A DNA stretch of 64,000 nt, taken from positions 16,165 to 80,164 of the forward strand of contig DXEA01000114.1 of the NCBI GenBank assembly GCA_019115225.1, read 5' to 3'. This document shows positions 51,448 through 60,595 of the stretch, in pieces. The notes under the pieces were generated by a model. The model did no database searches, was not told the origin of the DNA, and worked only from the letters and a program-made list of their open reading frames with translations. This DNA is from Candidatus Evtepia faecigallinarum. GTDB taxonomy: Bacteria; Bacillota; Clostridia; Oscillospirales; Oscillospiraceae. Positions within the stretch are counted from its first letter, which is position 1. Each line of letters starts with the position of its first letter. Both the position numbers and the translations under genes were made by a program.

Positions 51448-52688
51448 GGCACGATCAGCTCCCTCAGCTGCCGATGGGTCTGTGCCAGACGGTCCAGCAA
51501 GGGCTGGCACAGGTCCTCCCGCACCACCGCCAGACCTTGTCTGGTGTAGCGGCTGCGGCAGCCAAAATAGGCCCCCGCCAGGGGGACTGCCCCGTAGTGG
51601 TCCTCCCCCCGCAGCAGCTGGAGCAGGGAGATGGCCGCCGAGGACAGGCCGGGGGCGATGTAGGGCTTGAAGCCCAGGTCCCGGACCCGCAGGTTGGCCT
51701 CCCGTGTCTGCCTTGTCAGCTCTTCCGACAGGGCGGCATCGTAGCGATCTCCGGCCCAGTGGTTGGCGATCACCAGCCCCTGGCCGTGGGGGCCGTAAGC
51801 CCGGCCCTGGGAAAAGTCCGCCCCCACCTTTTGGGCGTAGTAGGCCGCCCGGGCGGCCATGACCCCTAAGCCAAAGCCCTGGACCTGCTCAGGCAGCAGG
51901 CCGGCAAAGTCATAGCGCCCCTGTCTGTCCCGGTTGCTGGCCAGAAAGACAGACCGGGAGAGAAGGTCCACCGGGTCAGAGATCTGGCAAAAGACCCCTT
52001 GGAACGCTGCGTCCCGGGCCTTTTGGGCATAGCTGTCCAGCATCTGGCGGTTGGCCTCAAACTGGGCCATACGCACGTCTGCCACCCCGCTGTCCAGCCC
52101 CGGCACCCCCCGGGAGGCGGTGAAGGCGAACAGGTCGCACTGGAACAGCTCCTCCTCTTTGCAGATCGTTACCCTTGGCAGCGGCCCGCCGTCCGGGGAG
52201 AGGACCTGGTTGAGCTCCATCTCATACCGGGCGCACTGGGCCTGGTTGGGGTCGTAGATGGCGATTTCCCCAATCTCCCGCCCCAGGAGTTTCAGTCCCG
52301 TAAGCACTGTGCCGCCCACGTCTCCCAGGCCCACCAAGGTGACCCGAAAACCGGTCTTTTTGGGGGCCTTGTGGGCCAGCAGCCAGGCGAAGGCGCGGCC
52401 AAAGGACACGTTCAGCACCCCAGCCCCGACAGCTGACACCAGGACAGCCAATTCTTCCGGCACCGACGGGGGAACCTGTGCCCGGCAGGGGGTCAGAAGG
52501 TTTATCCCCTCCCCTTCCCAGAGTTCCTCCAGCCGTTGGATGGCAAAAAAGCCGCGGCTGGTCATGGGGTCCCGCCGGACCAGAAAAACCAGGGGGGCAA
52601 AAGGAGACGGCGCCGCCTCAGCCCCCAGGGGAAAAACGTCGTCGGTCTCTGCGCACAGGCAGAAACCCTGCCAGGATTTATAGATCAT
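51444..52688 (-). CDS. Lactate/malate dehydrogenase-like NAD(P) oxidoreductase with an N-terminal extension of about 100 aa, 414 aa
   Basis: Rossmann motif ..RVTLVGLGDVGGT.., ..ISDPVDLL.., ..GPHGQGLV.. (LDH GEHG-like). The start overlaps the giant ORF stop by 11 nt, and a gggagg RBS lies inside the giant ORF. Confidence 0.6.
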   Translation of the reverse strand: MIYKSWQGFCLCAETDDVFPLGAEAAPSPFAPLVFLVRRDPMTSRGFFAIQRLEELWEGEGINLLTPCRAQVPPSVPEELAVLVSAVGAGVLNVSFGRAFAWLLAHKAPKKTGFRVTLVGLGDVGGTVLTGLKLLGREIGEIAIYDPNQAQCARYEMELNQVLSPDGGPLPRVTICKEEELFQCDLFAFTASRGVPGLDSGVADVRMAQFEANRQMLDSYAQKARDAAFQGVFCQISDPVDLLSRSVFLASNRDRQGRYDFAGLLPEQVQGFGLGVMAARAAYYAQKVGADFSQGRAYGPHGQGLVIANHWAGDRYDAALSEELTRQTREANLRVRDLGFKPYIAPGLSSAAISLLQLLRGEDHYGAVPLAGAYFGCRSRYTRQGLAVVREDLCQPLLDRLAQTHRQLRELIVP

Positions 52689-55600
52689 AGTAATGGGGAC
52701 CTCCCTTTCGTGACATGCGCGCCAGCTGCTCCAGATCGTCCTCCAGATAGGCCGAGGCGGGCAGGGCGGGGTCGTACTGCATCCGGCTGCCCTTGTCCGG
52801 CAGGCGGGGCCGCAGCAGGGCCTCCCCCAGCCGCCCCAGGGTGAGGGCGGTGTTGAACTGACGCTGGTGTTCCTTTTCCAGGGCTTTTAAGATCTCATAG
52901 GCATTTTCCAACGCCGTCTGGCTCAGGGCCCGGATGCCCTGGTCCGTGGCGTCGGCCAGATAGTTGGGATAGATATAGGGCAGGATGAGGTTGATGGACC
53001 GGGGCAAGGTCTCCCCCGGCCGGGCCTGGCCGATGCTGTCCCCTCCCAGGAAGGGATAGAGCAGGCTCTCCGTGACCCAGTAGTGGAGGTTGGGGATGAA
53101 ATACTCACAGTCCACCTGCCGCTGCTGCACCTGCATCAGGTCCCGGCCATAGCCCGACATCACCGCCACGATCAGCCGCTGGATGCTCAGCCCCTCCTGG
53201 CGCATCAGCCGGTCCAGCTGCTCCATCCGGTAGCCCCGGTGGAGGAGGTCATCCACCAGGATCACCGGCCGGCGGAAGGATTTCAGGGTCCTGACCTGGT
53301 TGGGCAGGGGGGAATAGCCGGGGTATTCCACAATCTCAAAGCCCTCCATGTTGGCGTGGAAGCATTTTTCCACATGCAGGGTCTTGGTCACCGTGTTGGG
53401 GACGATCTCATCGGCCAGAATCTTCCCATAGGGCACGCACATGGACGGCCCCAGCTGGCGCACCCCCGGCGGCACGTCTTGCACCCCATTCAAGAGCTCT
53501 ACCCGCTCCATCAGGGCCTGGTTGAGAATTTCCGAGTCGAAGCAGAGCACCAGCATCCCCGGAAACAGGTCGGCCAGGGCCCGGCGCAGCCGGGGCCGGG
53601 TCCGGCCCACCACCTCTTTGATCTGGTCGCTGTCGTGGTGGGGTTTTTTGATGCGCAGCATCACGTCCTGCAGCAGCATCACCGGCGAGCGCATGTCCAC
53701 ATAATAGATGTCCTCCTGGCCGCTGACGGGCAGAAAGCCCAGCTGGTCCAGGGCGTACTGCATGGGGGCATCCTCCCGGCCGCAGCGGCAGACGGCATAG
53801 GTGTGGTCATACTCCAGGCTGCGGGCCAGCAGTTCGTTCAGCAGCATCCGGCAGGTGGCCCCCTGCTGCTCGGGAGAGCTCTCGGGGCACACCTTGTCCA
53901 CCAGCAGGATGCGGCCGGAGGTGTGGCGGCGGACATAGCTGGCCCCCTCAATGGACTGCAGGGCCTCATACAGGTCCGCCCCGCCCAGGGTGTGGCCCAC
54001 CGCCCACCCCAGCAGCGCCTGGGGCCGGGCCCGGAGGACCACCCCCAGGGCATTCTTCCGGTGTTCAAAAAGGTCGTTCATGGCTTTGGGCTGGTCCGGG
54101 GCCGCCCCCCGGCAGCGGCGGAAATAGAGGTCCTCCCGCCGCAGCACATTTTTGCGCTCGGGGGTGCGGACATACAGCCGGTTTTCATAGATGAAGGACT
54201 GGACCACCGGGGCCACCAGCATGGAGATGTCCAGGTTCCGGTCCACATACTCCCGGATACGGGTGGAGCTGACCGACTCAAAGAAGGGGGGCAGGGAGAC
54301 CGTCACCAGCTTGCCCCGGATGAGCTTGCTCAGCGGCACCGCCTGGGCCCCCTCCTGGGGCCGGTGAAAGACGATGTGGTTGTACTCCGCCGCCGAGCCG
54401 GGCTCCCGGCTGCGGTAGGCGGAGGCGTTGCGGATGACATCGCTCCCCGCCACCAAATAGAGCTCCGTGTCCCCCAGCAGCTGCCGCAGGCGGGCCAGGT
54501 CCTGGGGGTTGGCGATGTTCACGGGGATGTCATCGGGGAAGAGATAGGTGTCCCACTGGTCGGCCACGGACATGACCACGATCTGCCGCCGCTGGAGCTT
54601 GGCCAAGGTGCGCTTGCTCCAGGAAAATTCGTCCACGGCCAGATAGACCTGAAAGCCTCTGGCCAAAATCTCCTCCACGATCTTTTTGTGGCCCACGGAG
54701 AAGGGGTCAAAGGTGCCGGGGAAGAAGGCCGCCGGCTTGGGGGGCGGGAAGCGGAACTCTCCCCGCTGGACCTCGCAGGCCACCAGGAAGCGGTAGAGGT
54801 AGTTGAGCATGGCCGCCCGGTTGAAGAACGTCAGCTTCCCCCGCCGGGGCTCAGAGAGGATGGTCAGCAGCTTTTTGTGCAGGAGGACAAAGTAGTCATA
54901 CCGGTCCTCCAGGGGGATGCGGCGGCTGCCAAAGATCTCCCGGCACAGGACCACCAGCGCAGCCCGGTGGATCTCCCGGTGGTAGTGGCTGACCCCCATC
55001 ATCACCCCGCCCAGCACCCGCCGGGGCAGGGTGGGATGGCCCACAGAGGCATTGAGGATCTCCCCCAAGGTAAACAGGGCCGTCCGGGCCGGACGCACCG
55101 AGTCCCCCTGGAGCAGGTTTTCCAGCAGCTCCACTGCCTCCAGCAGCTCCTTTTCCGGCAGCATGCAGATGATCTGCCCCAGGTAAGGGGGGATGACGCG
55201 GGAGATCTGATCCTGGCCGCTCTCCAGCTCCCGCAGCAGGTCAATGGTGATCTCGTTGATCTGGGAGACCGTCAGCTGGCGGCAGACCTCGATCAGCCGC
55301 TGGCCGGCGTACTGGCGCACAGGCCGGTGCTCACTGATAGACAGAAGGTTCGACAGGTGCATGGCCGTGTGGAAGGCGCTGGCGGGGTGGCTGACCGCGT
55401 GGTCGCACAGCAGGTCGATCTGCACCAGCTTCACCGTCCAATGCACGGCATTTTTCAGATTGCTGAGGTAGAAATCCGAAACCTCCTCCGGCCGGATCTC
55501 CTGGGGGGCCCGGCCCAGGACCCGGCGGCGCATGCAGTCCAGGGCCAGGAAAAACTCCCCCGGCTGGGCCCGGAAGTTCAGGACCAGGGCCTGGATCTGC

Positions 55601-57375
55601 TCGGTGACCTCCGGCCGGTGCCGGCGCAGCTGCTCTAAGCAGCGCAGGCTATTGAGCTGCAGGCGGACCTCCCGGCTGGGGAGCATCCTGCCCAGTGCCT
55701 CCACGGTGGGGGCCAGGTCCTGGGCGGGCAGATAGGCACAGGGGACCTGACTCAGGGCGTCCACCAGGGTAAAGCGCTCCTCTCCCCTTGCCTTCCACAG
55801 GCGCTCCAGCAGGGGCCGCAGCAGGGGCTGGGCCTCCTTTTCATCGCAGCTGGCAAACAAACTCTGACAGATGGTTTTCAGGCCGTTGGAGATCCGCAGG
55901 GCGTGCTTGGACGAAATCTTCCGGTCCGGGTGCAGGCACAGAAGGATGTAGTGATCCCACAGGGCCACTGCCTCGTCCAGCAGGGCCATCATGGTGGGGG
56001 TCACCGCCCCCTTCCGGGCAGAGCCCGGCCGCTCCTTTCGGTACTTGGGGCCGCTGTTGGCCAGAATCAGGCCCATGATCCGCCCTGCGGTGTGGCGCAC
56101 GTCCCCCTCCGGGTGCATGAGCAGCTCGTAGAGCAGGGCCAGGGTCTTTTTCTTGTTGGCGGCGGTCAGATAGGTGCTGTATTCCTCCAGCAGGTGCAGA
56201 TAGGTGCGGATCTGCTGAAAATTCTTCTCACTCTTGGCCTGCTCCAGCAGCAGGTTGAAGGACTCGTCGGTGGTCACCATCCGCATCAGGCGAATGGCGT
56301 TTGCCAGGGTCATGTGCCGCAGGGCCTGGAGGGCCTGGGGAGAGGAGAGGAGGGAGGGGTCCGTGTGGGACACAGGCAGCAGCTCCTCCTCCCCCACCTG
56401 GGTGGGCACCCCCTGGGTGCGGAGATAGGACTCAAAGTCCCGCAGCTTATAGTACACCGTCTGATACCGCCGCTGCTTCTCCGGGGTCATGTTGTACAGC
56501 TTGGAAAAGACCATCTCATAGGCCTCGTCCAGGGTATAGATGGCCATGTGCTCCCTGCCGTCCTCCCCCCGGGTCCCCCGGACCCGGAAGTCGGCATAGA
56601 TGAGCAGCAGGGACTCGATGGGCAGGTTTTCAAACTCCAGGTCCCAGGTAGAGTGGTTGGCGGAGATGTAGCCGATCTCCTCCAACCCCAGCTGGCTGAA
56701 CCACTGCCAGGTGTAGTAGTAGTGCAGATACGGGATGCGCCGGGCGTCCTCCCCCCGGCAGCCGAACTTGCCCACGTCGTGGCCCAGGGCCGCCCCGCTG
56801 ACCAGAGGCAGGTCCACGGGGATGCCCGCCTTCACCGCCATCTTGGCCGTGTGCAGGGCCACGTTGTGCACGCCGATGGTGTGAGAGGCGGGGTCAAAGG
56901 GCATGATCTCCCGGCCGATGCGCATGAGGGCCAGCAGGTGGCTCTCCTCCACCGCCTGGCAGAAGCGGCGGTATTGGTCCTCCACCCGGCTGCCGGCGCT
57001 CTCCCCCTCCTCCACAGGCAGGAGGTCCAATAAGGGGTCCCAGGTCTCCTCCCGCCAGGACAGGACCATCTCCAGCACCGTCAGATACAGGATCTCGTCC
57101 GGGCGCAGGGGGGAGGCCCCGTGGCCCAGGGCCTCATCGGGGAAGAGGTTATCCGACAGGTGGACATACAGGCGCTCCAGCCAGCTCTCCTTGGCCTCGG
57201 CGGCCAGCCGCTCCATGCCTGACCAGCACAGGTCCAGCACCTGGGTGCACACGCCGGCGCTGTGGGGGGAGAGATGGCTCAGAGCTTCCGCCGTCTCCTC
57301 CAGCACCAGCAGTCCCCGCACGCGCCGGTCCAGATAGTCGTATACTTGCTCATAGGTCCAGATGGGTCCTGACAT
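52678..57375 (-). CDS. Giant multi-domain protein: HD phosphohydrolase, helical-repeat region, NadD/NMNAT-like nucleotidyltransferase, GNAT-like, PRTase-like; 1,565 aa
   Basis: Single uninterrupted 4,698-nt ORF with codon bias like its neighbours. Domain motifs are listed in the four sub-features below. RBS aaaggag lies 10 nt upstream of the ATG. Confidence 0.85.
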   Translation of the reverse strand: MSGPIWTYEQVYDYLDRRVRGLLVLEETAEALSHLSPHSAGVCTQVLDLCWSGMERLAAEAKESWLERLYVHLSDNLFPDEALGHGASPLRPDEILYLTVLEMVLSWREETWDPLLDLLPVEEGESAGSRVEDQYRRFCQAVEESHLLALMRIGREIMPFDPASHTIGVHNVALHTAKMAVKAGIPVDLPLVSGAALGHDVGKFGCRGEDARRIPYLHYYYTWQWFSQLGLEEIGYISANHSTWDLEFENLPIESLLLIYADFRVRGTRGEDGREHMAIYTLDEAYEMVFSKLYNMTPEKQRRYQTVYYKLRDFESYLRTQGVPTQVGEEELLPVSHTDPSLLSSPQALQALRHMTLANAIRLMRMVTTDESFNLLLEQAKSEKNFQQIRTYLHLLEEYSTYLTAANKKKTLALLYELLMHPEGDVRHTAGRIMGLILANSGPKYRKERPGSARKGAVTPTMMALLDEAVALWDHYILLCLHPDRKISSKHALRISNGLKTICQSLFASCDEKEAQPLLRPLLERLWKARGEERFTLVDALSQVPCAYLPAQDLAPTVEALGRMLPSREVRLQLNSLRCLEQLRRHRPEVTEQIQALVLNFRAQPGEFFLALDCMRRRVLGRAPQEIRPEEVSDFYLSNLKNAVHWTVKLVQIDLLCDHAVSHPASAFHTAMHLSNLLSISEHRPVRQYAGQRLIEVCRQLTVSQINEITIDLLRELESGQDQISRVIPPYLGQIICMLPEKELLEAVELLENLLQGDSVRPARTALFTLGEILNASVGHPTLPRRVLGGVMMGVSHYHREIHRAALVVLCREIFGSRRIPLEDRYDYFVLLHKKLLTILSEPRRGKLTFFNRAAMLNYLYRFLVACEVQRGEFRFPPPKPAAFFPGTFDPFSVGHKKIVEEILARGFQVYLAVDEFSWSKRTLAKLQRRQIVVMSVADQWDTYLFPDDIPVNIANPQDLARLRQLLGDTELYLVAGSDVIRNASAYRSREPGSAAEYNHIVFHRPQEGAQAVPLSKLIRGKLVTVSLPPFFESVSSTRIREYVDRNLDISMLVAPVVQSFIYENRLYVRTPERKNVLRREDLYFRRCRGAAPDQPKAMNDLFEHRKNALGVVLRARPQALLGWAVGHTLGGADLYEALQSIEGASYVRRHTSGRILLVDKVCPESSPEQQGATCRMLLNELLARSLEYDHTYAVCRCGREDAPMQYALDQLGFLPVSGQEDIYYVDMRSPVMLLQDVMLRIKKPHHDSDQIKEVVGRTRPRLRRALADLFPGMLVLCFDSEILNQALMERVELLNGVQDVPPGVRQLGPSMCVPYGKILADEIVPNTVTKTLHVEKCFHANMEGFEIVEYPGYSPLPNQVRTLKSFRRPVILVDDLLHRGYRMEQLDRLMRQEGLSIQRLIVAVMSGYGRDLMQVQQRQVDCEYFIPNLHYWVTESLLYPFLGGDSIGQARPGETLPRSINLILPYIYPNYLADATDQGIRALSQTALENAYEILKALEKEHQRQFNTALTLGRLGEALLRPRLPDKGSRMQYDPALPASAYLEDDLEQLARMSRKGGPHYYDL
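53026..53448 (-). other. Phosphoribosyltransferase-like segment of the giant protein (aa about 1310-1450)
   Basis: ..FRRPVILVDDLLHRGYRM.. resembles the type-I PRT PRPP loop (hydrophobic4-DD-x2-TGxT), but HRGY replaces TGxT. Confidence 0.45.
53671..54153 (-). other. GNAT-like segment of the giant protein (aa about 1075-1235)
   Basis: ..RILLVDKVCPESSPEQQGATCRMLLNELLARS..(motif-A-like)..ALDQLGFLPV.. Confidence 0.35.
54181..54729 (-). other. Cytidylyltransferase-fold (NadD/NMNAT-like) segment of the giant protein (aa about 883-1065)
   Basis: FFPGTFDPFSVGH (HxGH-type motif, aa 884-896) and ESVSSTRIREYV (ISSTxxR-type motif, aa 1033-1044). Confidence 0.65.
56566..56898 (-). other. HD-domain segment of the giant protein (aa about 160-270)
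   Basis: H165/H170 ... GHD(199-200)VGKF ... ANH(241) ... YAD(262). Confidence 0.6.
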
Positions 57376-57429
57376 AGGGCTTGCACTCCTTTGGCCGTTT
57401 CCGGGCTGTCTTTTGTCATATAGATTATT

Positions 57430-57458
57430 ATTATAAAGAACTCCGGCCCATTTTTCAA
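57430..57458 (-). promoter_or_regulatory. Near-consensus sigma-70 promoter directly upstream of the giant ORF
   Basis: Minus strand TTGAAA (57458-57453) - 17 nt - TATAAT (57435-57430), about 55 nt upstream of the ATG at 57375. Confidence 0.6.
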
Positions 57459-57463
57459 TTCCC

Positions 57464-58396
57464 TCACAGGGCCAGCAGGGTAATTTCTGTGGGATAGATG
57501 GGCGAACCCTTGTAGCGCAGGTAGAAGCGATAATCCGCCGCCAGCTGGTGGATCATCTGGGGGAGCTTCCAAAGGTCCTCGTTGTTGTGATAGACCGACA
57601 GCAGCAGCTTGGGGTGGTCCTCCCGGATGTGCCGCTGGGCGCCCCGGATGGCCTTTTGCTCAAAGCCCTCGATGTCGGCCTTGAGGAGGGTGATGGGCTC
57701 CTGGATGTCCTCGTCCAGGGTGGTCATCTCCACCACTGTCCCCCCCTTGCTGTCCTGGCCCAGGGTGTTGGCCGAGGCACCGCCCTGGCTGCCCACCAAG
57801 GATAAGCTGCCCGCCTGGTCCCCTACCCCTTTCCGGCGCAGGTCGATGTTGGGATAGTGGCCCACGTTCTTCTGCAGCTGGGCAAAGGTTTCGGGGGTGA
57901 TTTCATAGCAGTAGATCTTTTGGTAACAGTCTTCCCCGTAGTTGGCTAAGTAAGACAGCACCGTGTCCCCCACAAAGGCCCCCAGGTCCACAAAGACCTC
58001 CCGCCGGCTGCAGCGGACCAGGTCCAGGTCAAAATAGTCGTCAAAGAGGACCTCCTTGGTCTGGGCCGTGGTGGTGAAATCATAGCGGTACCAGTTGTTC
58101 AGAATGGCAAAAAGGGTCTTCCGGGACCGGTAGTCGGCCAGATGCTCATACACCCAGACAAAGTCATCCATGTGGGCAAAGAGGGCGTCTGCCTTCCCCT
58201 CGATCTCCTCATAGACCCCGTTGTCCGGGTCCAGCCGGCCCCAGAAGCCGAACTTGTTAAAGAAGTCCATACAGCTTTTCTGGGTGGCATAGGGCACGGC
58301 GTCAAAGGCCTTGCGGATGCGGTAATAGATCTCCTTTTCGCTCAGCCCCTTGATCTCGTTGGCCAAGGCGAAAAAGTTCTTGTCGATGCCATGCAT
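57464..58396 (-). CDS. FkbM-family SAM-dependent methyltransferase, 310 aa
   Basis: ..VFVDLGAFVGDTV.. (SAM motif I), ..LLKADIEGFEQKAI.. (FkbM signature). Confidence 0.8.
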   Translation of the reverse strand: MHGIDKNFFALANEIKGLSEKEIYYRIRKAFDAVPYATQKSCMDFFNKFGFWGRLDPDNGVYEEIEGKADALFAHMDDFVWVYEHLADYRSRKTLFAILNNWYRYDFTTTAQTKEVLFDDYFDLDLVRCSRREVFVDLGAFVGDTVLSYLANYGEDCYQKIYCYEITPETFAQLQKNVGHYPNIDLRRKGVGDQAGSLSLVGSQGGASANTLGQDSKGGTVVEMTTLDEDIQEPITLLKADIEGFEQKAIRGAQRHIREDHPKLLLSVYHNNEDLWKLPQMIHQLAADYRFYLRYKGSPIYPTEITLLAL

Positions 58397-58450
58397 GTCA
58401 TCACACTCCTATCTCTCCACACTATGCCGGCGTGAGGAAGCTGTGACAGC

Positions 58451-58500
58451 AAAAAAAGCAGACACCCACGGTCGTACGATCGCGGTGTCTGCTCTTTTCT
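58451..58500 (-). terminator. Intrinsic terminator after the V-ATPase operon
   Basis: Minus strand gcagacaccgcg atcgtacgac cgtgggtgtctgc ttttttt. Confidence 0.7.
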
Positions 58501-58516
58501 CTGTTTGGTTTCTGGC

Positions 58517-59206
58517 TCAGGTCGCGGCCTGCCGGACGGCCTCTTGGTCATGCTGACGCTTTTCCTCAATGGCCTCGGCCAGGAGCATATCCTTCACCTT
58601 CATCAGGCGGATGATGTTGTTGCGCTCGTTCTCCTCCAGCTTCATGGAGATATACTTGATGCTCTCCTGCATCCGGGGGATCATCACATACTCCAGGGCG
58701 TTGACCCGGCGGCGGGTCTTTTCGATCTCTTCCGCCAGCAGCTGGGAGGCCTTTTCCACCTGGGCCAGCTTCAGCATGTCCTGGAACACCGAGGACAGGG
58801 CTTCCACTGCCCCGTCCACCTCGCAGGAGGTGGTGGCAAAGCCGTAGGGGTAGATGTCCCCTCCCTCGCTGCCTTTGGTTTCAAAGTGGTACACGGGCAC
58901 ATTCACCGACATGATGTTGCGAAAGGTCATCTCCAGCTCCACGCTCTGCTTGGGATAGAGCAGGGCCTGCTCCAGGGCTTCCGGGGACATGAGGGCCGAG
59001 GCCACGGTGAACGACCCGTGGGCCCGGTTCAGCCCCTCCTCCACCCGGCGGCGGAGGGCCCGGTTTTCCTGAATGACCTCCAAAAACTGCTTCATCAGCT
59101 CATCCCGCTTATCCTTCAGGAGCTTGTGGCCCCGGACGGCCGTCTTCAACCGGCCCTTCAGGCGGGTCAGCTCCATGCGGGTGGCGTTTACTGTGGCAGA
59201 GGGCAT
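58517..59206 (-). CDS. atpD: V-type ATP synthase subunit D, 229 aa
   Basis: ..NATRMELTRLKGRLKTAVRGHKLLKDKRDEL.. is a typical subunit D N-terminus. Confidence 0.9.
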   Translation of the reverse strand: MPSATVNATRMELTRLKGRLKTAVRGHKLLKDKRDELMKQFLEVIQENRALRRRVEEGLNRAHGSFTVASALMSPEALEQALLYPKQSVELEMTFRNIMSVNVPVYHFETKGSEGGDIYPYGFATTSCEVDGAVEALSSVFQDMLKLAQVEKASQLLAEEIEKTRRRVNALEYVMIPRMQESIKYISMKLEENERNNIIRLMKVKDMLLAEAIEEKRQHDQEAVRQAAT

Positions 59207-59218
59207 TTCCCCACCTCC

Positions 59219-60595
59219 TTACGCCTTCTTGGGCAGGTATTTGTCAATGTGCTCCTGCTTGATGCGCTTGAGCTCGGTCTCGGGCAGGATGGACAGCAGC
59301 TCCCAACCGATCTCCAGGGTGTCAAAGATGGAGCGGTTCTCCTCAAAGCCCTGGCCCACATACTTCTTCTCAAACTCTTCGGCAAACTTGGCATAGAGCA
59401 GGTCCACCGGCGACAGGGCGGCCTCGCCCAGGATGGACATGAGCTCCTTGGCCTGCTTGCCTGCCGAGTAGGCGGCGAAGAGCTGGTTCATGGTGCCCGA
59501 GTGGTCCTCACGGGTCTTGCCTTCACCGATGCCCTTGTCCTTCAGACGGGACAGGGAGGGCAGCACGTCGATGGGAGGCTGGACACCCGCCCGGTGGAGT
59601 TCCCGGGAGAGGATGATCTGACCCTCGGTGATGTACCCGGTCAGGTCGGGGATGGGGTGGGTCTTGTCGTCCTCGGGCATGGTCAGGATAGGGATCATGG
59701 TGATGGACCCCTCCTTCCCCACCTGCCGGCCGGCACGCTCGTACATGGTGGCAAGGTCGGTGTACAGATAGCCGGGGTAGCCGCGGCGGCCGGGGACCTC
59801 TTTCTTAGCCGCCGAGATCTCACGCAGGGCCTCGGCGTAGTTGGTGATGTCGGTGAGGATGACCAGCACGTGCATCCCCTCATGGAAGGCCAGATACTCC
59901 GCCGCGGTCAGGGCCATACGGGGGGTGGCGATACGTTCCACGGCGGGGTCGTTGGCCAGGTTGGTGAACAGAACGGTACGGTCGATGGCGCCGGTGCGGC
60001 GGAACTCTTCGACGAAGTAGTTGGACTCCTCAAAGGTGATGCCGATGGCGGCAAAGACTACGGCGAAGTTGGACTCGCCGTCGAGCACCTTGGCCTGCCG
60101 GGCGATCTGGGCAGCCAGGGCCGCGTGGGGCAGACCGGAGCCGGAGAAGATGGGAAGCTTCTGGCCGCGGACCAGAGTGTTCAGGCCGTCGATGGCGGAG
60201 ATGCCCGTCTGGATAAACTCGTTGGGGTAGGCCCGGGCGGCGGGGTTCATAGCTAAACCGTTGATGTCCCGGTACTCGTCGGCCAGGATCTCGGGGCCGT
60301 CGTCGATGGGGTGGCCCATGCCGTTGAAGACCCGGCCCAGCATGTCCCGGGAAACGGCCAACTGGAGGGGGTGGCCCAGAAAACGGACCTTGGAGTTGGC
60401 CAGGTTGATGCCGGCGCTGGCCTCAAAGAGCTGGACCACGGCGCTGTCGCCGTTGACCTCCAGCACCTTACCCCGGCGCATGGAGCCGTCAGCCAGCTCG
60501 ATCTCCACCAGTTCGTCAAAGGTAGCGCCTTCCACCTGCCGGACCACCATCAGGGGGCCGGAGATCTCGGCGATGGTACGATATTCCTTCATCAT
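59219..60595 (-). CDS. atpB: V-type ATP synthase subunit B, 458 aa
   Basis: ..[16 protein letters not shown].., ..[14 protein letters not shown].., ..[14 protein letters not shown].. Confidence 0.92.
   Translation of the reverse strand: MMKEYRTIAEISGPLMVVRQVEGATFDELVEIELADGSMRRGKVLEVNGDSAVVQLFEASAGINLANSKVRFLGHPLQLAVSRDMLGRVFNGMGHPIDDGPEILADEYRDINGLAMNPAARAYPNEFIQTGISAIDGLNTLVRGQKLPIFSGSGLPHAALAAQIARQAKVLDGESNFAVVFAAIGITFEESNYFVEEFRRTGAIDRTVLFTNLANDPAVERIATPRMALTAAEYLAFHEGMHVLVILTDITNYAEALREISAAKKEVPGRRGYPGYLYTDLATMYERAGRQVGKEGSITMIPILTMPEDDKTHPIPDLTGYITEGQIILSRELHRAGVQPPIDVLPSLSRLKDKGIGEGKTREDHSGTMNQLFAAYSAGKQAKELMSILGEAALSPVDLLYAKFAEEFEKKYVGQGFEENRSIFDTLEIGWELLSILPETELKRIKQEHIDKYLPKKA

Noticed and set aside
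53083-57033. 851-aa and 376-aa plus-strand ORFs inside the giant minus-strand gene
   Set aside because: They are antisense to the ORF that carries the HD, HxGH, ISST and PRPP-loop motifs. Their translations are H/G/Q/P/L/A/D-rich without motifs. The sense ORF has the promoter, RBS and coupling to downstream genes.
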